A stretch of DNA of 63,670 nucleotides, the filler included, from Gonapodya sp. JEL0774 (lineage: Eukaryota): NCBI GenBank assembly GCA_027604505.1. It is 25 parts of 25 records of this genome, joined end to end, with 100 filler letters (N's around TTAATTAATTAA, not from the genome) between each part and the next. Parts side by side here need not be neighbours in the genome. Positions count along the whole stretch, not along the records: positions 48,551 to 50,989 come from JADIIX010001925.1; positions 51,090 to 53,526 come from JADIIX010001926.1; positions 53,627 to 56,063 come from JADIIX010001927.1; positions 56,164 to 58,600 come from JADIIX010001928.1; positions 58,701 to 61,135 come from JADIIX010001929.1; positions 61,236 to 63,670 come from JADIIX010001930.1; 19 more parts are not named here. One strand, given 5' to 3'. Position 1 is the first letter of the stretch. Every line of letters starts with the position of its first letter. Under the pieces are notes generated by a model. That model made no database searches. It worked only from the letters and a program-made list of their open reading frames with translations, and had not been told where the DNA came from. Made by a program: the position numbers and the translations under genes. Below, in pieces: positions 48,551 through 61,756 of the stretch.

Positions 48551-50989
48551 CCTCTCCCTGTCCCTCTCCCCCCTCCACCCCCTCAACCACCACCTGTGGC
48601 CACACCCACTCCTCCAGCCCCCCCACCTCCACCTCCCTCCCGATCTGCCCGCCCCCTGCCACCCGTCGGATCTCACCGTCCGTAAGGCCGAGTTTCGCTC
48701 GGACGGCCGATCGCAGGGCCCGGGCGTGCGCGGCCAGGTGGGACGCAGGGTGGGCGGCGAAGAAGCTATGGTGAAGCAATGCGATGTTTGCTCATGATAC
48801 GTGGGAGAGAGAAAGATCCAAGGGTTGGTGTGGAGACTCACGCTTCCTCCTCCTCGCCCGCCTTCTTCCCCATTCTGTTCGAATTGGAATTCTCTCTCTC
48901 ACCCCCACCACCACCACCCCCACCCCCGCCACCCTCCTTCGCCAACATCCTCAAATACACCACCACATCCTCCACCCTCGCGTCCCCCTTGACCAACTTG
49001 GCCCTCTGGTTGCGCACCTTGTCCTTGAGATCCGCGCTCCTCCTACCCGCCAGTTCCCGCGGAAACAACCGCAGTGTGGCCGCGTAGTCGTTGGCACAGC
49101 CGGCGAAGACGGCCAGGCCCAGTTCGAGGGCCAGGAGAGAGGGGGCGGTCCACTTGTGCGTGCGGCGGCGGGTGGGGGTGGGCGTGACGGTGGATGGGGA
49201 TGGGGATGGGGATGGGGCCGGCGAGGTGGGGAGAGATATTGCGGATGCGGATCCCGATCCGGAGGGAGTGTGGGAAGGAGATGGTGCGCACACCGCTGAC
49301 GGGGTTCCGTCGGCACCATGCGAGCCGGCCAACCACCCAGTGAAGTGAGACCCAGTTGGGTACACCGGAGTAGTCACCGTGGGTGTGCGCGCGCGGTGGT
49401 CGATCGCGATCGGCGAACCGCCACCACTCGAATCGAGCACTTGCGCCACCTCCATCGGGTGGTACCGCACGTCATCGCCGTGACCGTCCGACCCGTCACA
49501 GTCCGTCTCCCCGCCGCCTTCACCGATAGCACGGGGGCCATCTTCCGTCGCACCGAGCATCCGGAGCGCGTTTGGTGTCGTGCTTCCGGTATTCCGAGCC
49601 TCCCACCACGCGGCAGTATCCGTGCCGTCACCGTCTCGTCGTCCAGCGCCGCCACGACCATCCCGTGTTCTTCCAGCGAGGAACCCGGCAGGTGGTTGTT
49701 GTTGTTGTGGTGGTGGTGGTGATCGGGGTTTTGTGGGCACGGCAGGGGTGGCGGGTTCTGAGGGAGGAAGAATCGAGGAATATCGTGGCCCTATGCAGCC
49801 GACGATCGAACCGTCCTGAAGGAACGTCGCGGATCCGGATCCGGACGCTCCGGCATCGGTTTGGTGTGGCACGATAGGTGGATCAGGTACTAACCCCGGG
49901 CCGTGGATATGCGCTTCCACGGTGCTGGTGCTGGTGCGGGGCGGATGGAGAACACGTTTTCCTGCTGGCTCGTCCGCCCATTCACCGTACTCGGTCTCCA
50001 CATCGACACTGGCCCTGCTCGCACCTGCTTTCCGCTTCCTACCACCTCCACCGGCCCCGTCATAGTTTCCACTCCTCTTGCACGGTTCGGACCTCCCCGA
50101 CCCGTCGAGACGATGGGTTTGCATTCGCGTTTCCGTTTCCGCCGGCCCAGCCCCAGCCCCAGCCCCAGCGCCGTGGACATGATCACCGTGACCGTGACCG
50201 TGACCGTGACCGATTCCCTTGACCCAGGCGTACTCCAGGTCGGGAGGTCTGGCCAAGGCGAGTTTTTTCACGGCGAGGAGTTTGTCGAAATCAGACTCCA
50301 CCTCGAAGTCGCTGCGCCGGAATATGCGGAACTCGATCATCACCGTGGGTTCGACGGGGGGGAGCTGGTGCGGGAGGGGAAGGGGAACGAGCGAGGGAAG
50401 CGGGGGATGCCACGGGAGAAAACCGGGGGTAGGGGTGGAGTGAGTGGGTGGTATGGGAATTGGGGACGGCGGGTGGTGGGGTGGGAACGGAAAGTGGAAG
50501 GAGGAGTCGTGTGGTGGTGGAAAGGATGATGCGAAGGCGGTGTGTGGAAGTAGTCGAGGTGCAGACGTGTTTACCCCAGCGTCGTCCATGTCTAGGTGGC
50601 TATCTACAACAGTGTGCATGGTGAAAAGGTAAGTGGATTCGAGTTTGCTCATGAGACGGTCGTCTTGCTCACAAAAGTCCGAATGGGAGTTGCGCGAGTT
50701 CCCCTTATCCTCGTGAGATCGTCCGGCCATCTCGGACACGACGTCACGTCCAAGCGATCCTGCAGAATACGAATCGTTTTTGGTGTTTCTCTGTGAATTT
50801 TGAAAAAGTCCGGGTCGTTGGTTTGCCGGTCCTTCCAACGACTTCATGGAGTGGAGTCGCTTGAGGCAGTCAATACATCGTGTCCACCTCTTGTATGTGC
50901 CAGCTGCAAGTATCCACCGCTGTCATGGGAGTTGACGGCATGTCGGATGCAGGAAACGGAGGGGATCAGTCAGGTGATTTCCATGATTC
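48551..50989 (-). CDS. Telobox/Myb-domain protein (TRF/Tbf1-like), partial
   Basis: RRTHKWTAPSLLALELGLAVFAG...LAGRRSADLKDKVRN within the 669-aa low-complexity ORF 48838-50847. Confidence 0.65.
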
Positions 50990-51139
50990 NNNNNNNNNNN
51001 NNNNNNNNNNNNNNNNNNNNNNNNNNNNNNNNNTTAATTAATTAANNNNNNNNNNNNNNNNNNNNNNNNNNNNNNNNNNNNNNNNNNNNCCACCCCACCA
51101 CCCCACGGCCAACACCCAAAACACCCCCCACCCCCTCTC

Positions 51140-52209
51140 TCACTTCTTCTTCCCCTCCTTCTTCGCAATCGTCTCGTCCCCCACAAACACCCCCTTCTGG
51201 TTATACGGTTCTGGCGGCCTCCACCTCCTCACACTCGCCGCGAACTGCGTCACCTTGCGCAGATCCACACCCTGAACACGGAGCCGCTGTGGCGTTATTA
51301 CGGTGCACGTCACGCCCTCCGGGACGGGAACCACCACAGGGTGGGAGTAGCCCAGTTTCAGGTCCACCGCAGGCAGACCCGTGCCGCGGGGGTCCGTGAC
51401 CAGAGAGGCGCGGTACCCCACGCCCACCAGACGGACCGTCAGCGAGAATCCCTCGGTCACGCCCGTGATCATGGACGAGAGAATACTGTAGGAATGTAGG
51501 AGTGGTTCCGTGAGTGGGTTGGGTGTGTAAGGGATGGAGGGATGAGGTGGAAGTGCGTGTCGTGCGGTAGGGGGGATGGGTGTCGTGCGGTAGGGTGGTG
51601 GAATAAGTGTTCAGACCACGTGCTGCGGTGTCACGTCGAGATCCCACCACCTTCCCCTTCATCCCCTCCCCCCTACACCCACCTATTCGTCGTTCCCCAC
51701 ATGGCCCTCTGCGCCCTCCCCTTGGGCTCCGTCACGTCCACCTTCAACCTCCTACTCCCACTCCCTTCAATCTCCAGCGTCGTCACCGAGATGTACGGCT
51801 CGAGGGGGAACGTGAGCTGCCCTTTGGGACCCGTGACTTGGACGGTGCGTTTCGAGGTGGAGGTGGGGGGGGAAGAGGGGGATGGGGAAGAGGGGGACGG
51901 GGAAGATGGGAGGACCACCGCGGGTCCTCCCACCACGGAAATGTCCACGTCGGATGGGAAGGTGAGCAGCCTTTGGCCGATTTTAGACATGGTGGATGGC
52001 GAGGATGAGAACGTGCGTGACGAGGGCGATGGCGAGGTGTGCGAGATGGCGTGTGGGCGTACGACTCGTCGACGAGGGCCAGAGTGAAGGAGCGGGAACA
52101 GGAACGAGAACGGGAATGGGAACGGGACAGCAGGGTGGGATGATGGAGGACATGCGTGTCGATGTTGTTGGTTCAGGAGTGCGAGTGCGAGTGAGCGTCG
52201 AGATGCCAT
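51140..52209 (-). CDS. MRPL6: Mitochondrial ribosomal protein L6 (uL6m)
   Basis: Arg/Ser-rich presequence; MSKIG, VTGPKGQL, AMWGT, GVTEGF...LVGVGYRA, LGYSHP, PEPYNQKG. Confidence 0.93.
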
Positions 52210-53626
52210 CGTGCACAGCGGGGGTGGTGGTGGTGGGAAAAAAGCACAGTGAGACACCCGAGTGGAGTGTCGAGTGTGTGCGGGCCGTCGTTTGCGTGTC
52301 GGTGTATGCAGACAGGACGGGGCGACTGAGGTCCTGACCATTGACCCACCTGCACGGTCCACACCTCCGGAGAGCGCACACGTCACAAACCCACAACCGT
52401 GTACATATATATGTACATCTCGCCACGCCATGCCGTCATTGCCGATGACGAACCAATCGGCTCTGACGGGTGAGAAAGTGGGAGTGGGGACACAGGACAT
52501 TTCTGTTCAACAGTGAAAATCCTTTGCAGGCCTTCCCAAATCACTCTTTTCCACCTTAACCCAGGCTTATGCCACCTCCCTCTGCCTGTGATGTTATGTA
52601 ATGTTAGTGTAATACAGATAAATTGCGTTCCGGCGGACCTACTATGATGGCTTCACGGAAACTTTCTGAAACCAAAGAGCAGACACAATGGGACCAGCAC
52701 CAGCTCTTGCTTTGTCCGTAGCCAACCAGGTTAAGGATTCATCTATAAGTTCTCTTTGGAAGCAGAAAACTCTGCCTTTTTCATTTGTTTTATGGCTTCT
52801 ACCTTGTCCACAATGTATGCCCTTTCGAATCTATCACGTTGGTTGTTGGAGTTTCAACTGTCTGCTCTCAATCCACGGAAAACCTACGCGGCCAATCTTT
52901 CAGATGTCCATGACTGACTTCCCACCACTGGATAGAGTTGGGATAACTGGCGTGTGGCTTGGAGCATCGCTGCAGACATACCCGGGAGAGAGTGATTGAG
53001 TCCCCTCTCCCGTCAAGTTCCGTCCAGAATCGGTTTTCCGCGGTCGCCCACGGCTCCTCAAAACAGACGGGATCTCGTGTAGAGTCTCTACACATATGTG
53101 GAGCGACAGTTGCGGAATATTATGCATCGCTCGTGAAACACAATTGAGACGTTCCCATCATCACAGAACTCACCTCCTCCGCCATCATTTGTCTCCTCCA
53201 TCAATATCCACTTCCTGATGATTACGTGATGCAGTAATCTGCAGTCCATTGCTGGGTTCAGAGTGATAGGAGGCACGAGAGTGGGCTCCAACCAACTGTA
53301 CCTCTGAAGTGCCACTTTATATGGGGGAAATGGTTCCTTTCAAGAATACGAGAAGTTGATTCTGTATGATGCGGAGGTTATTGTGAACGTATGGGGTTTT
53401 ATGAATTGATTGAGTTTTGATCCGCGAGTGGTGCCAGCCTGTGCAGTACAGGATCCAACGCTGCCGACTCCGACTCTGCCGTGCCAACTCGGTATGCCAT
53501 TTACGTCTCCCCTAAAAACGTGGCTANNNNNNNNNNNNNNNNNNNNNNNNNNNNNNNNNNNNNNNNNNNNTTAATTAATTAANNNNNNNNNNNNNNNNNN
53601 NNNNNNNNNNNNNNNNNNNNNNNNNN

Positions 53627-56020
53627 GTACAACCTGCATGTTGATTCTGAAACATCCTCCCAGACCAGAATTGCTGAACAGAAGCAAGCGCAAACCCCAC
53701 TAATGGATGGCACAACTTTTGTGCCCTCAAAGGACAGCTCTTCACCCTCATATGTCCCTGAGAATCATCGTGCCCATGGGAAGATACTTGTGCAAGTCAC
53801 CCATATGCAATTGCAGCTAGTGGTGAGCACCTCGGTACACCAAGAGATAAAGTGCAGTTAAAACACTATCTTGTTTGGTCTCATTGCTGGCAGGCACCAT
53901 ACAATGAATTAGAGGGTGCCCCTGGAGGAAGTGTGTTTATATGTGCTGATATGAATCTCAAAAGTCTGGACATTTTGGAACTTGATGACACCAGCTCAGG
54001 AGTCAGCAAAAGAGATTATGCAGCTTGCCTTGTAAGAAGGTGAAAATTTAAATTCCAAAATTGTATGGTAGTCCACTCCTCTCATCTAATTGTCACTGTT
54101 GTGCCCAAGCCAAATTGCAGGTACAATTTTGAATGGCCAGTCATTTGTTTGGAAGCCTCCAATTGAAGCCTTCAGAGACCCAGAGCAACTTCCTGCCCTC
54201 TGGGTTCCACTGGAGGTTCTACTTGATACCTCACCAGAGACCCCACTTCGTGGCACCATTCAGAGAGTTGGTGACAGAGTTGCCATTGATGTCACTATTG
54301 ATCAGTACAACCCTTTATATGTTCCTTCCAAGATTGATCGTTTGAATGTGCAGGAGTTGAATTTAGCTTCTCGACAACTTCAAACTGGGACAGTGATACA
54401 TTTTACATTTCCTGATGTCAGACTGGCAGCAACGTCAGAAGCCTTCACTACAATTTTTGATGTCTGTAGCAGACTGATTATTGCCTATGCTGAGCCTAAA
54501 GAGAAGGAAAGAGCAGATAGAATGAGGGAATGGGTCTTGCTGCTCCAAAGGATGGATATGCTGGGAATTTTATCCACCATTGTTCATGACATTGAGGACC
54601 TTCAAATGGGCATCACAGAAAAAGAATTACAGGTCAAGGAACTTTTGCAGGAAAGACCGTCAGATCCATCTATTGAATCAATTGGAGCAAGTATGGCCAA
54701 ATCAAAGGAGGATCTGTTCTATGTCCTATCTGCATTGAAAACAATGAGAGAGAGGAAAAAAACTATGGCTGCTACCCTCCAAATTAATTGTATTGTGGAT
54801 ACCTTGAACTGGGTGATGCTAGCAGATGATGGTGTTGCATTCGCAGATGCACAATTGACCGGCACAAAATTGCTGTTTGTGAGTTCCACACAGGAACATG
54901 AAGTGCACTTGCATGATTTACTCTTATACAATACCAAATCCAATAGGTGCAGAATGAAGATGGTAGCACAATTCTGAATGTGAATGTGGAGGATGTGCTG
55001 ATTCAAAATTTGGCATCCACCTTTCCTGGATTCCGGAATGCAGTGTCCAGATTTATTCCAGCTGGCTCAAAAGATTCCAGTAAGCAAAAATCTCTCAGGA
55101 TTCAGAGACGCTCTCTGGCCCCAGTTGGAGGGATTCCAATTGTTGAGCATTTGGAGCTGGATGTTCATCCATTCTCCGTTAGGGTGAGTGTACCAATCTG
55201 AATAAACAACAACATGACCCCCATCTAAAGTAATTTTGCCATTTCATCAACCTCTGTTAAGATTACTCTTGATCTTGCCAGGAGGATTCGTGATTACATC
55301 TTCCCTATTCGCAAAACCAGTGCATCTGCAAAGTCATCGTCAAGCACCAACCTTGCATTGCAGGGGAGCTCTAATACATCTGAAGGATCAGAAATTGATC
55401 AGATGAAGAAGTAAGTCAATATTTTAGTGTGTCAATGTTTGTAGAATTAATGCTTACAATTCGAAAAAGTCGATCATCTCAAACTACTACATTCATCTAT
55501 TTGAAGGTTCCAAGCTCACAACATGAACTCTCTTACAAAGCAAGTACTCTTACTGTGACCCATCTGTGTAATCCCATGTTTCACTCTAATGCTTGTTCAC
55601 CTATTTTTTGAACGCATCAAATGAATCCTGATATGCACAGGGTGACAAGAGCCAAAATATTTTAGATGTGGATCGATTTCTGTTGTTGCTCCCCAATCTA
55701 GAGTACCGCAACAAAATGTGGACATACTTGGATTTCTTCATGCAGCTGCGCAGAGGTGAGACCAGTGGCTTTTCAAAGGCTCACAATAGCTTTGATACAG
55801 TTTACACAATTGCCCTCCAGAAATATTCAAATTAGTGACAGCAAATGCAGGCAATTTCATAAAAAATCAGCTCCAAAGGCGTGCACCAGACAAGTTAGAC
55901 AATGCAGAAGAGGACACTGACAGAAAATCATTGGATCACATGGATTCTCATATGCTGCAACTGCAAAGAGAAGACATCAATCGTCAATTGTTGTTTGGAA
56001 AACTGCTACAGTATCGTTAA
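53627..56020 (+). CDS. FMP27: FMP27/Hobbit/BLTP2 bridge-like lipid transfer protein, C-terminal Apt1 region
   Basis: LAPVGGIPIVEHLELDVHP, DYIFP, EIDQMKK, FIYLKVP...LSYK, LPNLEYRNKMWTYLDF. Confidence 0.85.
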
Positions 56021-56163
56021 GTCTTGTATAACTCATCTCAGATATGTAAAATACTGAAAATCCNNNNNNNNNNNNNNNNNNNNNNNNNNNNNNNNNNNNN
56101 NNNNNNNTTAATTAATTAANNNNNNNNNNNNNNNNNNNNNNNNNNNNNNNNNNNNNNNNNNNN

Positions 56164-57579
56164 TACTACACTCAAATGCCCACCCTTCAAAACCACGAGT
56201 TTGGAACCTGAAATAAGTTCGTGCAAGTGCTCACACTGTCGTCTTGAGACGAGCACATCCTCTGTTGCAGTCACAACGGTCACCGGGACTTTGGAAGTGT
56301 CGATATTACGGATGTCAAAACCAAACCCGGAGGGTGAAGTTCGACCGAATAAAAGCGGTATGTCGTGGAGGAATCTACGAAGGGTTGCACCGACATAATT
56401 CATGGCAGGTCAGATTGCCATGTGAACTTTTCCACAATTAGGGGCTCACCCTTGAACACCTTGCCGGAATGTCTCGCCAGTAACTTGATCCACCCAGAAC
56501 TCTCGAACAGCACGTTGTTTTGTTAAGAATTCTTTGTCCAGGTTCCCCAGCGACCCTTCAAAGCCTTGGAAGTAACCCTCCGGATTGACTATGATGGATG
56601 CCGCCAATGTCTAGTTTAGGGTCAAAATTTTCGTGTGAGTGAGTGAGTGTAGTTTTTGAGTTTGTGTGTGCTCCAGTGAGTTCCACCAAACGACTTGAGA
56701 AAGAGGAGGACCTCCATAAGACTCACAAAAATTACTTTGAACAGCCAAGGTGCATATTTTGCAGTGAAATGCACCGCCATCTGTCCTGGCGCAAGACCAT
56801 TTAGCGCTGCGGCAGAATCGCTGAATCCCCCTGGGCATATCAGAGTACATTGTGCGACACGCTGGGGATACAACTCTGTAAGAGCAAGAGCGTAAGGTCC
56901 ACCCTAAAACGAATAAACACGTGTCACAATAAGATCTTTCTGGCACAGCAAGACTACATTAAGATTCAGGATGAAGCCCACGTTTGAGTATCCAACCACA
57001 TCAAACTTGGTGCCTGGCGCGTATCCATCAGACTTCAACATCGCGTCCATAAACTCCAGGGCATCTTTTGCAACCGTAACTGGATTATTTAGGGGATCGA
57101 AATCGGAGAAACCATAACCAGGACGGTCAAACGAGAGAACGTAGAGTCCCTTCTTCCTGTGATTGAAATGGTAGAAAACCACCATCACAATGAATTAAAA
57201 ATATTGAGGTGATAAGGTACCTGCTGATAGCATCTGCATCCGGAGCGAATCCATATCTCGAACCGGGCATACCATGCATGAATAGAACGGGTCGCTGCCC
57301 ACGCACTCCGTATGTTCTGAAGCAAAGACGACGGCCGTTTGAGAGAAGAAAAAATCGATCTGAGAATGCATGGCACTCGGTTTTGTAAGTGTCACCTTGA
57401 CTCCATGATCCTTCATTGAAGTGATCGGACAAACCTGCTGTATCACCTTTGATCGTCAAAGCATGTCGAAGATACGGAACGGAAGTCGGATGCTTCCTCA
57501 AAAGAAGGTACGCTCCAATTCCAGTGCTCGCGACACTGATGGCGATGAGAATCCCGTGTGCCTTCAAGAGTTCAAACAT
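56164..57579 (-). CDS. Alpha/beta-fold hydrolase with N-terminal membrane anchor (3' truncated)
   Basis: LSNGRRL, HGMPGSR, DRPGYGFS, GYSN|GGPYA (G-x-S-x-G across an intron), GGHL. Confidence 0.85.
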
Positions 57580-58114
57580 ACTCAGGTGCAGTACATACCA
57601 GCTTGAACAGCCATCACGACCAAAACGTCTGAATTTCCATATCTTTACAATTTTTATATGCTTTTCTATATGTGCAAATCCTATTGTCGCCCAACCCCAA
57701 ACCATGATGAGTGGAACAACCCAGATACGATCACTGCAGATGAAAGCTTGATCCCGCCCTGAACGGAAATGTTCGGGCGTTCAAAAGTACAGCCACTTGA
57801 TCCTCCCAGGAGCTCAAAGACCGCCGCGCTGAAATGGGGTAATAAGCGGCCAATGAGAGAAACTCACAACCAAGTGAAAGGAAATCGGGGAAATCCGTGG
57901 TTAATGACTGATTTTCTGGAAACGATGATGTTGCGTGTGTTGTAAGTGGAGATGGTGAGTTTGGCAAGGATGCGTGAACTCGAAGTTTCGAACCACTCAG
58001 CGTATGCAATTGCAGGACGAACGCGGAGTGAATGATCCAGACGGGTATATACATGATGCAGGGAGGAAACCTCTTCATGCGAGCTCAGCGAGGTGCGCTG
58101 AAAATGACAAGCAA

Positions 58115-58534
58115 TCAATTCTCACAGTGATTAACGCCGGCGGTTATAATATGTCCAGAAAACTTACCGTGCTCAATGTGATACTTCAAGCCACCCATGT
58201 TTTTGTACCTCTTGTCACATCCCTCTACGGTACAACCGTATGGTCTAGCCATCATGTCATTCAGAGAGGCGTCGCCGGAGTCTACCTGGTGGGCTCTCAG
58301 GGCATGATACTTAATGCCGTTGTGGTTCTTGTCTGGGACGTGATTCGAGGAAGAATTAATTCGCCTGCGAAATCCGCGGATCGTGAGACAATTGAAGCAC
58401 CACTCACAGACTTTACCACAGCCAGGGTAATTGCAAGCGAACTTCTTCTCGTCGTCCTCATTCGAAAGTGGCGGCTTAGCACTCTTGACTTCCTTCCCCT
58501 TCTTCTTGTCAGGCTGAGCACTGTTAGAAGACAT
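58115..58534 (-). CDS. C2H2 zinc-finger protein (SFP1/JAZF1-like), partial
   Basis: FACNYPGCGK...NHNGIKYHALRAH and RPYGCTVEGCDKRYKNMGGLKYHIEH. Confidence 0.75.
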   Translation of the reverse strand: MSSNSAQPDKKKGKEVKSAKPPLSNEDDEKKFACNYPGCGKVCEWCFNCLTIRGFRRRINSSSNHVPDKNHNGIKYHALRAHQVDSGDASLNDMMARPYGCTVEGCDKRYKNMGGLKYHIEHGKFSGHIITAGVNHCEN

Positions 58535-58700
58535 GCCAGACTTGGGTAATTGTACGTTTGCATTTGCTTGCTGAGCCTGTATGGCAGCAACAAGCGAAGC
58601 NNNNNNNNNNNNNNNNNNNNNNNNNNNNNNNNNNNNNNNNNNNNTTAATTAATTAANNNNNNNNNNNNNNNNNNNNNNNNNNNNNNNNNNNNNNNNNNNN

Positions 58701-58862
58701 CAGCGCGACCAGAAACGCCCCTGTCTGCGCTGGAGTTGCCGATCCAGCGAACAGAAGTGCGAAAGCCTGCGAAACCAGTTCTGGTGTTACGTTGTCGGGC
58801 GATGCCATCATATGCTTCAGGAGGGGAAGCATCGTGGAGAAGGTGGGCGTAGGGGTCGACAT
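58701..58862 (-). CDS. TRP4: Anthranilate phosphoribosyltransferase, N-terminus
   Basis: VTPELVSQAFALLFAGSATPAQTGAFLVAL matches the AnPRT N-terminal helical domain; short fragment. Confidence 0.6.
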
Positions 58863-59410
58863 GACGGAGATGCAGGTGTTTCTGGGGATGATGGGACGAT
58901 GGCACACTGGCATGATATGCAGTATGTACACACAGCCCAATTTGAGCAGCCACTGACATCCCGGGCTCTTTTGTTTTTGTCATACCATGACAGCTTAATT
59001 TATTTGCCATTAGCCGAGCTTGGTGCCGAGTGACATTGAGACCGGACTGGCGGCCGAGGTTGATCGTGCCTTCCTTGCAAGCCATTGATACGCAAGGGAC
59101 GGATTCTTGTTCAACCGATGAAAGTCTAGCTTGTTGGATATCGCAGAGCAGCGACTTGGGGTGAACCGGCAGGGCTTGATACATTTGCAGAATCCACAGC
59201 ATTAGGGCGAGTACTATTAAGCCCTTTGCGAGGAGAGAAAATTACATTGTATTCGGAAGCGTACATCATTACATCTATAAGTACCAAAGGACCCTGTCCT
59301 CGCCCCGTCCTGACCAACCACCCACGTACCGAGAAGATCCACCGCGTAATTTTTCTTAACACATACAGCAGCCGCCCCTCAACCAGTGACCCTCATTGCT
59401 CCCCTTTTCA

Positions 59411-61094
59411 ATGACAACGATGGCATCTCAAACGACCCTCGATCATCTCCCTTACGAAGTGTTCGAGCGCATCTTTCGTTTCACCCTGGGAGAACGGGGA
59501 TTCAACCCTCGTTTCCCGTCACAACGATCAGCACTCGCCAACTGTGCTCGACTCAATCGAAGATGGAACGCGGCAGCCGAGCGATTTCTTTACTCAGAAG
59601 TCGTAGTAACGAATCAACAGGAGCTCGACAAGCTGGCTGCGAGCAGATATAATCCAATCTCAATTGGGGTCCTTCGAGTCAATTGCCGCAGTAAAGCTTA
59701 CTCAATAACGGCACAAATTCTCATAGAATTGCAGTGTCTGCGTCGGCATCCATTCAATCACGGAGCATTGATGGTCTTGGATATGCGAGGTGAGCAGAGT
59801 CACATCGAAGCGCGGTTTGATCTTCGCGTTAGCGAGCTCCCCACGACACATAGACTCCCTCCTGGGAGAGCGAGGCGCAGCAGACATTGCTGCAGTGATA
59901 GAGGTGACATCAAACCTCAAGGAGTTGTACCTGGACCGTATGTGTATAATAACGATCTTTTTCATTGAGCCGCTGGTCCAATTCGGCCATTGTGCTCACT
60001 CTAGGATGTTCTCTCGGATCGCAAGGGACCATGATAATTGCTCATGCCGTAGGAAACTGCCCTACACTACGTCGACTCGACATGGCAAGTTCGTATGGTG
60101 AAGAACCACCTTAAATGCAAGCTGATACGTGCTATTATCTTGTTAACTCGGCTATTCCGCGGACACTCCACTAGCTAACAACGCAGGTCTTTGTGGAGCT
60201 GTAGCTATTGCTGAAACTCTAGTGTCACCAAACTCACGACTGACAATACTGGGCCTTGGTGGTGGGAGGGTACCACAGATTTTTGCCATCTGACCCAATC
60301 GAGTATTCCCTCCCCCAACACGTCCTCATTAAGGTAATATTCTCAGCGATGAAGGAACTATTGTGATCTCCGACGCCTTATCTAAATACTCCACACTCGA
60401 AATCTTGTACCTCAACAGTGAGTATGAGAAGACGAAGATCAGCACCATTTCCTATACTCATTAAATTTATGATTCGATCCTTCTGCTCCCGAAAATTCGT
60501 CGCTGACTTCATAGCTAATTTCATGAGAAGCAAAGGTGCCGAGGCTCTTGCGAACATGCTCGCGGTCAACAAATCGATCCGTGAACTGTACATCGGGGGT
60601 AAGTTGGTCTCGGCTTAGTTACTTTACTCTTGTCAGCTCATCAGATGTGACTTGATGACACTGGCCACCTGACGTATCTCATTTACTGATCCTCAAAATC
60701 AGAGAACGGTATCGAGGCAGCCGGAGCCGTGGCTCTCGCTACCGCTCTTGCGGCGAACAAAACCCTTGAGAAGCTTTTCATGTGTGGTAAGAGGAACTTA
60801 ATTATTATGCCGATGATGGAACCAACACCGGCCTAATGATCTCATCAGCCAACTATGCCGGTGATGACGGTGCATATTCCCTTGTTGATGTCCTTACAAT
60901 TAACTCGACCCTTCAAACATTAGATCTGGATTGTGAGTTCGCCTTGACTGTCGTAATTCCTGAGGTATAAGACCTCACGTACAAATGCGCGATCCCACAT
61001 TCCAGTGAACAAAGTGACAAACCATGGAAAAAAACGCATCAAGGAATCCCAAGCGAGACTACAACGACCGATCGAGCTTTGGGTGAATGGATGA
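59411..61094 (+). CDS. F-box-like + RNI-like leucine-rich-repeat protein
   Basis: LDHLPYEVFERIFRF; 28-aa LRRs such as NFMRSKGAEALANMLAVNKSIRELYIG, each on its own exon. Confidence 0.8.
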
Positions 61095-61756
61095 TATGAG
61101 AATGTGGAAATGTCAGCAAATGCTCACAATGTCTGNNNNNNNNNNNNNNNNNNNNNNNNNNNNNNNNNNNNNNNNNNNNTTAATTAATTAANNNNNNNNN
61201 NNNNNNNNNNNNNNNNNNNNNNNNNNNNNNNNNNNTACGAGTAAGTCATACAAAATATTGCACCCGTAATGTTCTACCCGTAATTTACGGGTAGCGCACA
61301 TGCCCTAATATCAAGAGATTCGTGCACAATGTAAATGGAAGAACAAAACCTGAGGAGAGCAACCACATGAAATCTGCAGACGCTACGTTCAAGCTCAATT
61401 GATTAGATATGGATGAATGTATTTATGGTTGATCGAGGCATCAGAGATGGCTGGCAAGTGTGGATGCAAGTCGGAATATCATTCTCAAACCCCACACCCG
61501 ATATTTCCACAAAATCTTATTTCTCCCTCGAATTTCGTCAAAGTACACTTTAAGCTAGTGGCAATATGCCACGTTTTACAGAATTAAGATCCATTCCTGT
61601 TTGAAGTTTATGGATTTTGGAAGTTTGCCTGTCAAAATGGCGACAATAGCGAGTGTCAAAGTCGAAAGAAATTTGATCTGGCGATGTGGCCAGTTCACCG
61701 AAAAAGTCAAAAAATCAATGGGGGGTGCTTAAAGTTGCTTGGTCAAATGAGATCGT

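Noticed and set aside
52600..53526. Possible decayed pogo/Tc1-like transposase HTH on the minus strand and a TACAG start
   Set aside because: Only a vague helical pattern with stops; no DDE motif or second TIR visible
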